Assembly (NCBI GenBank): GCA_035084275.1
Contig: CM068742.1
Location: 66,030,001 to 66,094,000, forward strand
DNA length: 64,000 nucleotides
Origin: Hydrolagus colliei
Taxonomy: Eukaryota
Reading direction: 5' to 3'
The notes below the pieces were generated by a model. The model saw only the letters and a program-made list of their open reading frames with translations, ran no database searches and was not told where the DNA came from. Both the position numbers and the translations under genes were made by a program. This document shows positions 52,063-64,000 of the stretch, piece by piece (position 1 is the first letter of the stretch; each line of letters starts with the position of its first letter).

Positions 52063-54527
52063 GTAACTATTTGCTCATTATGTATGTGTATCATATTAGT
52101 GATATTTATATCATTTTAGTGGATCACGATACTATGATCTATTTGTCGAAGCCACTTACATGAGGACCTGGATTGTACAGTTGGTGCTGCGTAAGTCTGG
52201 CGCACAGCATTCGACTCCCAAGCTCATCAATATGCCTGGCACATCACAAGCTGTCCTGCAAAGGTCATCCTGCCACCTTGAAGACAGCTGTCCAGCAGAT
52301 AGCTCGGGCCAACAGCTGCTGGAAAGCGTTACCTGGAGTTGAATTCGTAAATATGTGTTCATACATCCAATGCCTGGAATCCCCCTTGATTGCCCTGCTG
52401 CATGGCAAGCAACCAGCTGCAAAAGCTTCACACTCCCAGCTGGTGGAACCATCATTTAGTGGGAAGGTGAGGTGTGCCTGAGTTGTGGACAGAAAGATGG
52501 TGCCACTGCTAAGCTATTTTGACCACTGAGAAGCTTGCAGGTTCCTGGATGCCATCCACCTAATGAGGGCTCAAAACCAATTATCATATGTGTCCTGAGC
52601 CAGGCAGGTGTGTAATATTCCAGGGCACTGCTGATGACATCAAAGCGACACTGGTTCATCGGCAGGTCTTGAATGGTCAGACCAATTGCTTGTCGCAGAG
52701 ACTCTTTCACTTAGTTCTCATTAATTCTGCAAGTCAGAGCTCTAGCGGATATGGCCATCCTATCTGGACAAGCAGCGGGAGAGCTTGCCAATGGTGCTTT
52801 CAATGGCATGTGCACTGTATATCCTCACAAATTGGTTGCTTGGTGACAGCCAGCAAAAAATGGAGCCAGAATGTAAACAGGGATCAATGCTTTCAATGTG
52901 TGTGTATGTGGTGGGGAGGGGGTGAAGGGTGGGGTGGTGGGTGACAGGAGAGGGTGAAGGACATAAGCAACATTTTAATGTTTGGATATTGGCAGATTTT
53001 ATCATATAAATACCTGTTTATGTCATTTAAAATCACTGGGTCAATTACTGTTCCATTCATCTCTTTGCTTAAAAGCAACTGGAATCAGTGCAGCACCCTA
53101 CCTGACTACCCAAGTCCTCCATGTCTTCACCCTCTCTTGGTATTACACTCCATGCTCAAACTCTCCCAGATCTCAACTTCCCTACCCTTAACCTCTTTGC
53201 TTTCATCCACCCTGCATTCATTCTCTGTGTGTCCTCTGTGCCCTGTTCGTACACAGTCCATCCCTGCACTCTTCAATCACCCTTCTGCACCTGGGTGGAG
53301 CTGCAAGATACAGTTCAGGAGCACACAGTAATTAAAATAGTACACATTATCATTGAGGGAGAGAGTGAATGCACAGCCTTTTAAGGTAATTACGCTTAGC
53401 AATTATTTTGATGATTGACTTTTAGCATTTGAATTAATTCTTACAACCTTATTTGAGAACAAATATTTTTTATTAACTAACGGATGAGCACCCGATGAAC
53501 ACCACAGTCGTTTTAATTACTAGACCAAGAGCGACCATGCTTTTTAGGGTAATTACTATCCTCAGATTATTTGTGTGATTGACTGCAAGTGTAATCAGCC
53601 AGGGCAAGCGAGAATGATTAATGTAGCACTATGCTCTGTACGATGTTTGGGCATGTTCCACATGCTGGAGACAGGAAGCTTTAGTGCTGTTCTAAAGACT
53701 GTCATTGGTGAATCCCACAGCTGAGTCAGCATTGCCTGCTGGGCTACATGTTGATCAAAATTCCCCACTGTTGCATCGCTGTTGAAAGTCTGCAGTTCCC
53801 TGATAGCTTGAGGCTGTACCAGTGTCGATAAATAAATCTATTTAGTGACAGCTCAGTCCCTTCCTCCCTCCCTCCGAAGGAGGAATTCTGCACTGAGTGA
53901 AGCTTTACTTTTTGAAGGAGGGTTAAGTGAAAGTGTGTTTGGAGCTTTAGGCAAGTTTACAGGAGAATGTATTATTTGGTGAAATACACATTCCTCTTTA
54001 GAAGGAAGAAGGAAGATTTTGGCTTAGGTGGATAAACAACCTCATGTTTTTTAATCTTGATCGATCAGAATGGTACTTACAGGCAGAGTGTAGCCTGCTC
54101 TCTGTATCACAATTATGGGAATGGTTTGGATAAAGAAAACCTCAAATACTCTAAACACAAGCACTTCATTGCACTGGCTGCCAGGTCATTGAAGACATAT
54201 TTTGTTGGCAGCCCAGTTCACAGTAGCCAGAGCTTTGAAAGCAAATTAAATAAAAGTGTTCTATACAAAATGTTTACAGCAGTTAGTAGAATTTAGGGAC
54301 TACTTGATGAAAAGTGTATTAGGCAGAATTTTAAGAGGAAATATCTAAAATGGAAAAGAATGCCACTCTTAAATAAAATACGATGGACAATTAGCATTCT
54401 CTTGTAAAATTGCACACTTCCATGATCTTCTAATAAAAAATGTAGAGCACAGAATGACACCATTTGGCCCATTGTCTTTTCCCTTGTGCTCTTCATCTCT
54501 TCCTCCAGAGCTGTGTCCTCTTTCCCT

Positions 54528-54712
54528 GTAATAAAAATTGGTCATTTCAATCCACGACTGTTTGTGGGACACTGCTGTGCACAATTAGCTGCCGCGTTTT
54601 GCCCACAAATATACAGTCAATTCACTTTACAGTATATTCTGTGAAGCACTTTGCGGTGTTGGTAAGATTTGAAAAGCGCTATATCAAAAGCAAGGATTTT
54701 TATTTTATTTTA
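54528..54712 (+). mobile_element. Young SINE 3' half
   Basis: aaattggtcatttcaatccacgactgtttgtgggac...aagcgctatatcaaa. Confidence 0.85.
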
Positions 54713-54887
54713 TAATCATTAAGACTATTTTCCCTCAACTTCTTATCCAGCTTGTTTTTCTGTGGTGTTATAGATTCAGAATCAGTATCATTAGTGGTAA
54801 CCCTATTTTAAACAATGTGAAAAACATTCTTCCAATATTCCGCACTTTGTCAGCAATAATCCTGTATTTATTAGAAGATTGAATGTA

Positions 54888-55385
54888 CAGTAGAAGCCCG
54901 TTTATTTGTGGCTCGATGAACCAGCACTTCCGTATAACCAGTACACCAAAAAAAAAACCCCATTCAATAAACCGGAACTTATCTGGAATAATAGCGATGG
55001 AGCATTTGTGAGTCATTGTTGCTCAGGTGCAGTATTTTGGTTTGCCACTAGTAGAGTCTAGGGTTATCGGCTTGCCGCTAGCAAGGCTTTAATGTCGCGC
55101 TGCCATTTTTTTCACCCGCTTGGCATCCTCTATTTTAAAAAGAATCACTGGACTATAAACCTCAACCAGTAAAGATGAGAAGCACGAGAGTAGTTTTAAC
55201 AATAAGTACCAATACAATATTCTGTTATTATCTGTTATTATTTAGTCTGGTGTGTATGGTGTCTGTTAAAAGAACTTTAATTTTTTTGTGGTGGGTTTTC
55301 GACAGCAGGCTGCCCGAATATCCAGCACGTGCTTTAACCGGCAATGGCCAGGTCCCCCGTGTGCCGGATAAACAGGCTTTTACTG
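54888..55385 (-). mobile_element. Tigger-like MITE, family T1, internally deleted copy
   Basis: ta|cagtagaagcccgtttat ... ggataaacaggcttttactg|ta. Colinear, in reverse, with 6376-7115 but missing about 6760-6990. Confidence 0.9.
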
Positions 55386-55406
55386 TACTACGTTATTTTT
55401 CTACAG

Positions 55407-55525
55407 GTTTCCTCTATGTCACCTGCCCAATTCTAAACTGCACTGAAAGAAATGTGAAAGCTCACTTCTCTGGATACATAGACAAGAACTCACTGCTTGT
55501 CAATGATGACTACATTTTCATTCAG
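55407..55525 (+). CDS. SORCS2: SORCS2 exon: (G)FLYVTCPILNCTERNVKAHFSGYIDKNSLLVNDDYIFIQ
   Basis: Acceptor ttatttttctacag|GT, donor CAG|gtaatt; 119 nt, phase 1-0. Resembles SORCS2 FRYVTCAIHNC...SLTVQDDYIF. Confidence 0.94.
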
Positions 55526-56879
55526 GTAATTAACTCTTCTCCTTTTCTCTGACCTTTATTGATCAGTACAATTATCTTATTTGGTTGTATACTTGGAACA
55601 AGGAAGCAACTTCAACAGATTGGATGCAAATTGTTTTTGCTGCAGTTTTAACTTGTAACTGAAGAAGTTAAGTTCATGGATACTCAGGTATTATGGCCTC
55701 TGTCTCAGTAGGGATTCAGTTTTAAACTCTTTGACAGTTCTGCACTGTTCTGTAAACAGGCTGACTGCCCACGCATCGACACAGATGAGCAGGTTCACTC
55801 TGCTGGGGATCTCCTCAGCTGGTGTCATTGATGATTTCTGGGCTTGAAACTTTCCATCAATTAACTGGGAATGTTTCAGCCTCAACACAGGAGCCCTTCA
55901 GCTAACATTCCAATAGAATACATCACAACAATAAGTCAGTGCATATGAAACATCAAACACTGAGCGCTTTGTGCATGCAGAATTTACTTGGGATTCTAAT
56001 TTCCTTTAGCTTTTTGTGATTTGTTTCTTCTTGCAGTGTACTCTGTTCAGATTGGATGAGGCATGTTACGATCTAACAAACAGCATGTTAATAGCAATAA
56101 TAAGTTGCATTGATATTGCATCTTATGACTTGTTTATTGTTGCCACACATTGTTCTTTTTGCTTGACCTCTTTATTACTCTCTTTCTCTGACTCTATTTT
56201 GCCTCTCTTTTTCTCTCTCTCTTTGCCTCTAACCTTACACTTTACCTGTATCAATTTGCTGAATGACTTGATTATCTTTCCACATGTTACTACTTCACAA
56301 TCTCACCTTGTGGGTAAACTGTGTTATTGAGCACCTTCATGCACCAACAGATATGCAGCTGCATTTCATTTCCACATCAGAGAGTGATGTAGATAGCTGG
56401 GCATGTAAATAGTCACCTTGTGGAAAACCTTTCACATATTAGAAATAATAACACAATATTGGAAGTTCATGGGATGGTTAAACGAGATCTGAAAGAGAAA
56501 GAAAGGTTAGCGTTTGGATGTCATCGTCAATCAGAACTCAAACAATGGACGATGGAGGTCTCAGTGAAAGATAGAGTAAGGTAAGTCATGACACTTCTCT
56601 ACCACACCACCATTTCATTTCTTCTGAAAGACCTATCTCAACACATGAACCCATCTTTCTCTTTCAGATGCTCATTGCTTTTGAAACCATCTCTTTGACC
56701 TTGCTGTCAGTCACCATTTCCCCCCCTCCTTTCTCAGCTCTCTCCGAGTTCAGGCTGCCAGTAAGTTGTGGGCAGCGCTTTGAGATGTCCTTCCAACATT
56801 GCAAGGTGCCATACAAACCTAAAATTCTGTTGTTTTTCATACATTATATGAATATGTTTCCATGTTGGGTCTTTTTCAG

Positions 56880-56969
56880 TCAGCCTCTGGAAATTGGACA
56901 AAGTATTATGTCTCTTATCGCCGGAATGAATTTGTTCAGATGAAATTACCCAAGTACGCCTTACCAAAG
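56880..56969 (+). CDS. SORCS2: SORCS2 exon: SASGNWTKYYVSYRRNEFVQMKLPKYALPK
   Basis: Acceptor tctttttcag|TCA, donor AAG|gtaact; 90 nt, phase 0-0. YYVSYRRNEF..MKLPKYALPK is a SORCS-family hallmark; an N-x-T sequon (NWT) is present. Confidence 0.95.
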
Positions 56970-57085
56970 GTAACTATTGTAATACATGTATAGTTTTCAT
57001 GTAAATTGCAATCATAACTATGCTGATTATTCTTTGAGGTATATTTTTATGGTAGAATGGATAACTCTTTGTATCAAGGTTCATA

Positions 57086-57225
57086 TCAGAATCATAGAAT
57101 TTTTCACCACAAGAGAAGGCCAGTTGGCCCATCGAGTCTGTGCCAGCTCTTTGAAAAGAGCTATTCAAGTCAATCCCACTCCCCGGCTCTCTCCCTATAA
57201 CCCCGTAAACCCATCCTCCCCTAAG
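57086..57225 (-). mobile_element. CR1 3' terminal fragment
   Basis: agaatcatagaat...ttggcccatcgagtctgtgccagctctttgaaaagagc, as in the 4933 and 48714 copies. Confidence 0.85.
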
Positions 57226-57363
57226 CTTATCACCTTAATATCAAAAGCTCAAAATTCCACCGTGTCTTAGCTCTTAAGCTGTTCTCCTAAAATTTCTGAT
57301 TCAATACAAATTTTTACAATACAAATTTACATGTATATAACCACAACAACAACAAAGCAAATA

Positions 57364-57779
57364 CAGCAAAAGCCCATTTATCTGGCACCCTCCAGGGGGT
57401 CAACTAATTGATTGTACCGGATAATTGGGCAGCAAGTTAGGGAAAGCCCAACAAAAAAAAGTACTTATTTTAAAACATACCATATTAATACAGTAAAAGC
57501 CTGTTTATCCGTCACCCGATCAACCGAATTTCTTGACCCCCTCCCGGGGCAATTCCCCTTTCCAGCAATCGCGAGTATGCTCACTTTGCAAATGCGCGCA
57601 ATGCATGTGCATTGCGCACTTATTAATCTTACGAACTCTGGGTTTTTATCGAGTGTGCTGGAATCTTTATTGGTAAGTATCCATACAGTATTCTGTTACT
57701 ATTTAGTGTATTATTAATATGGTTTGTTTTAAAATAAGTAAATTCCGGTTGTTCGGGTGATGGATAAACGGGCTTTTAC
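57364..57779. mobile_element. Two T1-related MITE pieces: left fragment 57364-57490 and a second element 57491-57779 starting at its TA
   Basis: TIR cagcaaaagcccattta, then cagtaaaagcctgtttatcc ... ggataaacgggcttttac; a shared internal segment occurs in inverted orientation. Confidence 0.72.
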
Positions 57780-58989
57780 ATTTCAGTCTTAATTTGAAAG
57801 CTCAGTTTTGACAATAAACTCTGAAGGAAGAAATAACTGACATATAATGGCCAGAAAATTGGATTGCGTTGGTCTCAATCTCTGTCCGCAGGTGCTGCTG
57901 ATGAGCCAGACTGGCTGGTCTGTTATTAGCGGTGCTGGAGTACAGTAGACACACCTGGTTCAGGAAATCGGACTATCGGGAGCTCCACAGACAATTTACT
58001 TGATTCTGACATTTTGTTGCCAAGTACATCACCTTGGAGCCATTTCCCAGGAGACCATAACAACAACAACTTGTACCTAAATAAGCCTCTCCACGCTGGG
58101 TAGCGCTTCTGAGCGGAGGCTGACTCCAAGCTGGAGGCGTGGGGGTGGAGAGAGGTAGCTATAAGCACGGTTGAAGAAGAAGGTTTTCATGAAGAATGAA
58201 GAATGAGATTTATTCTGGCTTCTTATGTGGTACTACCTTTCAGTGGCATCTCAAGTAGAAAATAGCACAACAATTTGAAATGACATTTTCCACTGGCATC
58301 ACAAATAGCTGAAAATATAGAAAATTATCCACTGTGACTGTTCCCCTCCACTGAAAGGAGTTAATCTGCAATACTGTGTGGCTTGCAGTGAATGCATTAC
58401 TTTGTAGTCTGTCTTTAGAAGCCGTTTTACTATAGTTCTTTTTAACCAGGTCTTGTGACCGCCACTGGAAAGTTTATATGTTTGGAGGTGTGGACGGGAT
58501 CAGGCTTGAACTGTGATGCCCCCAAACCTTAAATAACCTACCAACACTCACTATTCCTGCTAATTCATGAAAAATTATCACTTGTATGAGGTGCTGGTGG
58601 GCTCTTGGCATCAATGCACATCTTCAAAAAGGACATTGGGTTTCTGTGCAAAGCAAAGAAAAGCTGAATATTTTAGAAGGTATTTCATTATTGAATATTT
58701 TCTTTTTAAAACAAGGGTATTTATCAATCTTGAACCAGCCTTTAACTCTCAATTTGAAAAAACTAATTCAAGGTTCTTTCAAGACCTTTGAGGTAGAAGA
58801 AAAAGACCAAAATCCATATTAAGAAAACTTCACACTACAGTTTTTGAACATGAAAATTCACCCGTGAAGCTTTGACGCCTTCTACAGCACATCCTTTCCA
58901 CATTAGTCTGATCATTATTTGAATGATTAAATGTTTAAAATGCAGGGACTGCTTTCTCTGGTGGGGAGGGGAGGCAGTGCTGCACTGGA

Positions 58990-59270
58990 CAAACTGAGTC
59001 CCAAGCTCCATGCTAGTCTGGGCTCATTTAGCTAATGTCAGTGTAAATCATAATCAAGGCACTACAATTTGTCTCATCGCTGCTAGGAAACTGGAAATAA
59101 GCCAGAGAATCATACCTGGCTTGTGGATAGGGCCATTGCTTGAGGCTAGGACTGAACTACGATACCTCCCACAATTGAATAGCCTGCTGACATTTAACTG
59201 TCTGGGCTCACACATAGAGAATGGATACTTGGCTGAGTTACTGGGAGACGGCCAGTGCTGGTTGCAAATG
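58990..59270 (+). mobile_element. LF-SINE-like ancient SINE relic (second piece at about 58480-58600)
   Basis: ggcactacaatt...gaatagcctgctgaca...tgtctgggctcaca...agaatgg...acttgg resembles the LF-SINE consensus from memory; not verified by search. Confidence 0.5.
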
Positions 59271-60589
59271 TACTGTAATGTGAGTTGGATCTTTAATACA
59301 TGGAGAGGGGAAATTGCAACAGAGAGAAAAAATATTCAAATCATTTTTGGAGAGTGCCTACCAGCCTTGCAGTATTCAACCCTGCCTTAGCCACCCAGAT
59401 GAAGTAAATGGTTCATTCTTCCTCAATGATAGTATTATGGGGTTTGTTGCTGATGTGTGTCGCAGTTTGTGAGAGATGTCTTGATTTAGAATTGTAAATC
59501 ACAACAATTTATTCCCATCAGCATAGGTGGAGGGGATGGGCATTTGATAAAACTGGATGATCAGGCAACATGAATGAACTTGCTTGCTTGCATTTTGACA
59601 TCTGCAGTGCTCAAGTTGCCTCAATAGTTCTATGAAATTATTGTCTCCATCTCATCTTTAAAGAATTTTCTTTAAAGGTTTAATTGGCATGTCCACTAGA
59701 CAGTGATTTAAAAAAACAATTCCGGCTGCATAATAAGGATTAGCATTGTGAATAATAAGCCTCACAGTTAAATAGAAGCTATTGAAAAAAAAACAAGTCT
59801 TTTCAGCAGTGCTCTTGTCAGAAACAGCCGATCGCTTCAGGGGAAAAACATTAATGAAAAGTAAATACATTGTGCAAATTTCAGAATTTGAAATGAAGTG
59901 TGTTGACAGGAGGATGATGTGCTTTTTTTGGCTAGGCATCATCTGCTGAATTCCCTGTGTACATTACTTGTCTTGCAATAGCAGGTGAACACTCAGTTAT
60001 TGCTTATCAAACACAGCCAGCAGAATCAGCAATGTAAAGGTGTTGAAAGGAGAATGGAGGAATTTGATAGGTTCGATTTGTAGGACATTGAGGTAAATTT
60101 AACATTTGATGCAATATTTAGCTCCTTGGATGTACCAAGATGTGTGAACACCAACCCGCTCCTCCTTCCACATGGACCTCACTTTACTGAAATACCTAAT
60201 GAGGGCAGTGTTGTTCCTGCGTTCAGGCAGGGGCAATCCGTATTACACACAAAATCCGGCATATGCATATCGTAACTTGAATGTACATCTGTGCACAGTC
60301 AATGCACTAAATAGAAAATGAAATGTTACGTTGACCTCATTATGTTCTGGAGACCTGTCAGGATCCATATGAGTGAACATGAACCAGTTTGGGAGAGGAA
60401 TTGAACATATCTTAAATTTGGACATTTCAACTGGTTACGATTGTTAGCTTTTTAAATTAAAAACTCCTTTTAAATGACTGGTCATGTCCTTGCTGCCTCG
60501 TTGACTTGGCTCGATACGTTCTTCTTTTCCAGGGAATAATTGAAATGTAGTAATGTTCTGCATTCACTCTGCATCTTCCCATTGTCTAG

Positions 60590-60769
60590 GACATGCAAAT
60601 CATCAGTACGGATGAGAATCAAGTCTTCGTAGCTGTCAAGGAATGGCATCAGACTGACACCTACAACCTGTACCTATCTGATGTGCAGGGTGTACACTTC
60701 ATTCTTGCTCTGGAAGATGTCAGGAGCACCAAACAGCCCGAAGAAAATGTTGTGATAGACATTCACGAG
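60590..60769 (+). CDS. SORCS2: SORCS2 exon: DMQIISTDENQVFVAVKEWHQTDTYNLYLSDVQGVHFILALEDVRSTKQPEENVVIDIHE
   Basis: Acceptor cttcccattgtctag|GAC, donor GAG|gtaaac; 180 nt, phase 0-0. Matches ORF 60593 and SORCS2 DLQIISTDESQVFVAVQEW..DTYNLY. The gene continues beyond the window. Confidence 0.95.
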
Positions 60770-61029
60770 GTAAACTATGCTTCATTCCCACTCACAACTC
60801 AGTCACACAGGCAAAGAAAGCATTGTGCAAAAATTCTGAAATCATTCTTAATTTGGAAGCAGGAAGATGGGACGTTCCATCTATAACTTGCAGAGGATCA
60901 GATGTCTGAAATTTCAGTGTTCAAAATGGTTAAATTCAGGCTTATGTTAATAATCGTTGCATTTGATATTGCCTGCTTTTATCCATACCCCACAAAACTA
61001 ACAGAAACTCTTGTTCATGCCTTCAGCAC

Positions 61030-61570
61030 TTCCCTTCTACTTCCTGTCCTTCTACTTCAGGATAATCCTGGAGGCGAAGGGCAACCCTAGACTGCTGTTC
61101 TCCATCACAAACCTGCTCCTCCACTCTCCCTGCCACACTTTGCAGATTCTTTCCTCTAATTCCCACTCCGAGGAGATGCTGGATTTCCTCAAGTCCAAAA
61201 TCGAGGGAATCTGCTCAGCTGTCACTGCTGTTTCAACTTCCACCCCATCTCCCTCCCACACTCCAACTCCTACCTATCCCTCCTTCCACACCTTCGGACC
61301 TGTCTTTCCCCACCTCTGTCATCACCACCATATCCGCAATGAAGCCCACCTCCTGCTCCCTGGACCTCATCCCCACCCTCTCCTTACCTCCCAGCTCCAT
61401 CTCCTTGCCCCACTATTTGCCAAAAATATCAACCTGTCCCTTTTATCCGGCATCGTTCCCACTCACCTCAAAACAGACACTATCAGCCCCACCCTGAAGA
61501 AACCTTCCCTTGATACATCACAGCTTTCAAGCTACCGGCCCATCTCCAACTTCCCTTTCTGTTGAAGGTC
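61030..61570 (+). mobile_element. L2 fragment from the endonuclease-RT linker / RT start
   Basis: GNPRLLFSITNLL, INLSLLSGIVP and LKKPSLD...SYRPISNFPF. Confidence 0.88.
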
Positions 61571-63171
61571 TAATCGAACCAGTTCCTCTCGCTTGTGAGT
61601 GCTCTTGCAACTGAGCTACAGGACGCACTGCTGCTTAACTTAGAATCTGCTTTCAAATTAAAAATGTATTTCTGAATTTTTGTACTTTGACAGTGAATTG
61701 TGTCTTAAAATTCTAACTCCTGATTTTGCAATTTATCCTGCAGGCAGCACACCACAACCAGATATTAGTTTTCATAATAATAACTGACATTTATATACCA
61801 TCTTTCAATTAAAAATATAAACTATCAAATATTACTGAAGAGACAGTCGTCTTACTAAATTTTCAGTAATATTGAAGCTTTGACTTCTTAGAGCTTATGA
61901 ATTTTAGAAGTTATTGGGTGACCTGATATGTGTGAATATCACTGATTGTGCTCAGCAGGAGTCAGTCAAACTGCTTCTAAGAGCACCTTCTTCTGGTGTT
62001 CTCAGGAGCAGTTATTCAGTATCATCCGCACTGACATTAATTCAGATTTATACACATTTACAGGTGAAATTCCACAAAATAAAAGCGATTTCCCACTTTT
62101 ATGTCTGCAAGATAAGCTTATGATAAAATATTACGTCGTAGTCTTGCAATTTAGACGATTCAGCAAACTTTATGCATACTATAAATATTGTAAAGGTCAG
62201 CAAGCCTTTTAAAATTCATATTACAGAAATTGACAGACTGAATTTGAAAGACTGGAAGATGCATTATACTAGAAAACATTTCATGTGTCACTTCATTGCA
62301 CAGAATAACTCTACAATAGAGTTTCAGATCATTGTGCTTGTTCTCTGTGTTCAATTTGAATATACAGTAAATGGAAGAAGCTCTAGCACTATTGAAATGG
62401 AGGGTGATGGGGAGATAAGGTTTTTGGCTCTCTGGTCTGTTTTGAACTTTGACTGCTTTTGAAAATCACAATTACCCCTTCCTATACCTGTTGCAAATAT
62501 CATTAAATAGTGTGTTTGTCAAAAAAGATACACTCGCTAAACTCGCAGTAAATCCTGAGAAGGGTTTTAAGACATTTCAACATTGGGATGGATGTTATAT
62601 CAAATACAAGTGTTATCATAACAAATTAGTGGAAATATATTTTTACAAAATTCTTCATACACCTCTGTGGTTCAGAGAGCCCTGGCAGTTATTGAAATTA
62701 ATGAAAGCTGCTGGAACTACAAAGAAAAGACCCATAGCTTTTTGAACCATCCCATAATCTTTGCAGCATGTATCTATTAAAAAAAGATATGTCAGGGTGA
62801 CTTCAAAGCTGTGCTCTAACTTCAGGGTTCAGATAATAGTTGTACATAGGAATGTACAGGCCTGTAAAATGTAACTAGCCATCTGGCTGCTTCGAATGTA
62901 AACAAAAATGATGCACTACTCCACTGTTCATAACCTTATTCCTTTTTTTTACAACAGCTATCTGCTGGCCTGAATTTTCTAGCTAAATCTGCCTCTACTA
63001 CTTCTCTGGTTTGTCTGGGGATCGGGGTCAATGGTAGCCAGAGGGGAGGCTGGGGATCAGGGTTGGCGAGAGCTAGAGGCAGGTCCACGGCTCGGTCGGT
63101 AGCTGTAGGTTGAGCTGGGTGTCTCGGGGCCGAGGTCTCGGGCCTGAGCTGCGGCCATTACCAGGCTGCAC

Positions 63172-63730
63172 CATTCGTCACATCAAGGCTCAACTATGGA
63201 AACTCCCTCCTCATCTGACTTCCTGGCTCTCCCCTTTACAATATGCAGATCATCCAGAACTCTGAAGCTTGTGTCCTCTTCCCCGCTAGGCTCCACGACC
63301 CCATCACTCCCACCCTCGCCCGGCTCCATTGGCTTCCCATCCCCCAGAGGATCGAATTCAAGATCCTCGTCCTCACTTTCAAGGGCATTCACAGCCTTGC
63401 TCCTTCCTATATCTCTGACCTTCTGACCCCCTACCCCCTCCATTCAGCAGGCTCTGGTCTGCTTCATGTCTCCCGCTCAACCCACCCTATCATCGTTGGC
63501 CAGGCTTTCAGACTCTCTGCCCCCACACTTTAGAACTGCATCCCTATGCCTTGCTCCCTTCCTTGCCTACTTCCAGGCTGGTCTCAAAGACCCTCTTCTT
63601 CGATCATGCTATCCACCGCCCTGCCACCTCTCTCCTGTGTTCGGATCCTGACCCCTGATTGTTCAGTGCCTTGGGATATCCTCCCAATGTGAAAGGCTGC
63701 TCTATAAATTTTGTTGTTGTTGTTTGTTGT
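63172..63730 (+). mobile_element. L2 3' end (subfamily A)
   Basis: ITPTLARLHWLPIPQRIEFKILVL and tail tgggatatcctcccaatgtgaaagg...(ttg)n. Confidence 0.92.
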
Positions 63731-64000
63731 CTATTGTGCACACAAGATACCCCTTGTTACAACGCTGCTGATATCACCTCCTGTGTCCTGCGCACATTCA
63801 CTATGAAAATGAAGCACCTTTGATGTTACTGCCTTTGTGGAGTTGCTGCACATAGCACTCTTATGCAATTCTAATGAAGGTGCTATGTTTATTCTTGCGT
63901 TATTTTTATGGTTATGCAATAAGCGGACCCACACAGAAGCTTATAATGGATTTGCCATGTATTTGTTAGTCTTTGTAAAGTAAATCCAAACTGTCTGTTC

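Noticed and set aside
40246-60769. Assignment to SORCS1, SORCS3 or SORT1
   Set aside because: DRDQSLF, FHPKEEDKVLAY and LLQERVTK follow SORCS2 as I recall it; a reciprocal BLAST would confirm.

Overview
Vertebrate genomic DNA lying entirely inside one large gene on the + strand. Six internal coding exons of SORCS2 (VPS10-domain receptor) are at 40246-40410, 47208-47281, 51998-52062, 55407-55525, 56880-56969 and 60590-60769. All have AG/GT boundaries and compatible phases, and they splice into 693 nt / 231 aa of open frame. The first 40 kb appears to be one long intron; I found no upstream exon. The rest is a repeat landscape suggesting a cartilaginous fish, possibly a holocephalan (inference): 5'-truncated L2 and CR1 LINEs, two tRNA-derived Deu-type SINE families with L2-like tails, LF-SINE-like relics, Tigger/pogo-like MITEs (TA TSDs) and three copies of a hAT MITE (8-bp TSDs) carrying a variable C-rich minisatellite. 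Most other ORFs in the track are LINE remnants or low-complexity artefacts. I see no evidence for a wholly new biological system. The best leads are the hAT MITE family, a MITE end that may supply a SORCS2 branch point, inverted L2s flanking a symmetric exon, a duplicated homeodomain+PBX motif cassette, a mosaic SINE, and a possible Academ-type transposase fossil. Family assignments are from remembered consensus sequences, not database searches.
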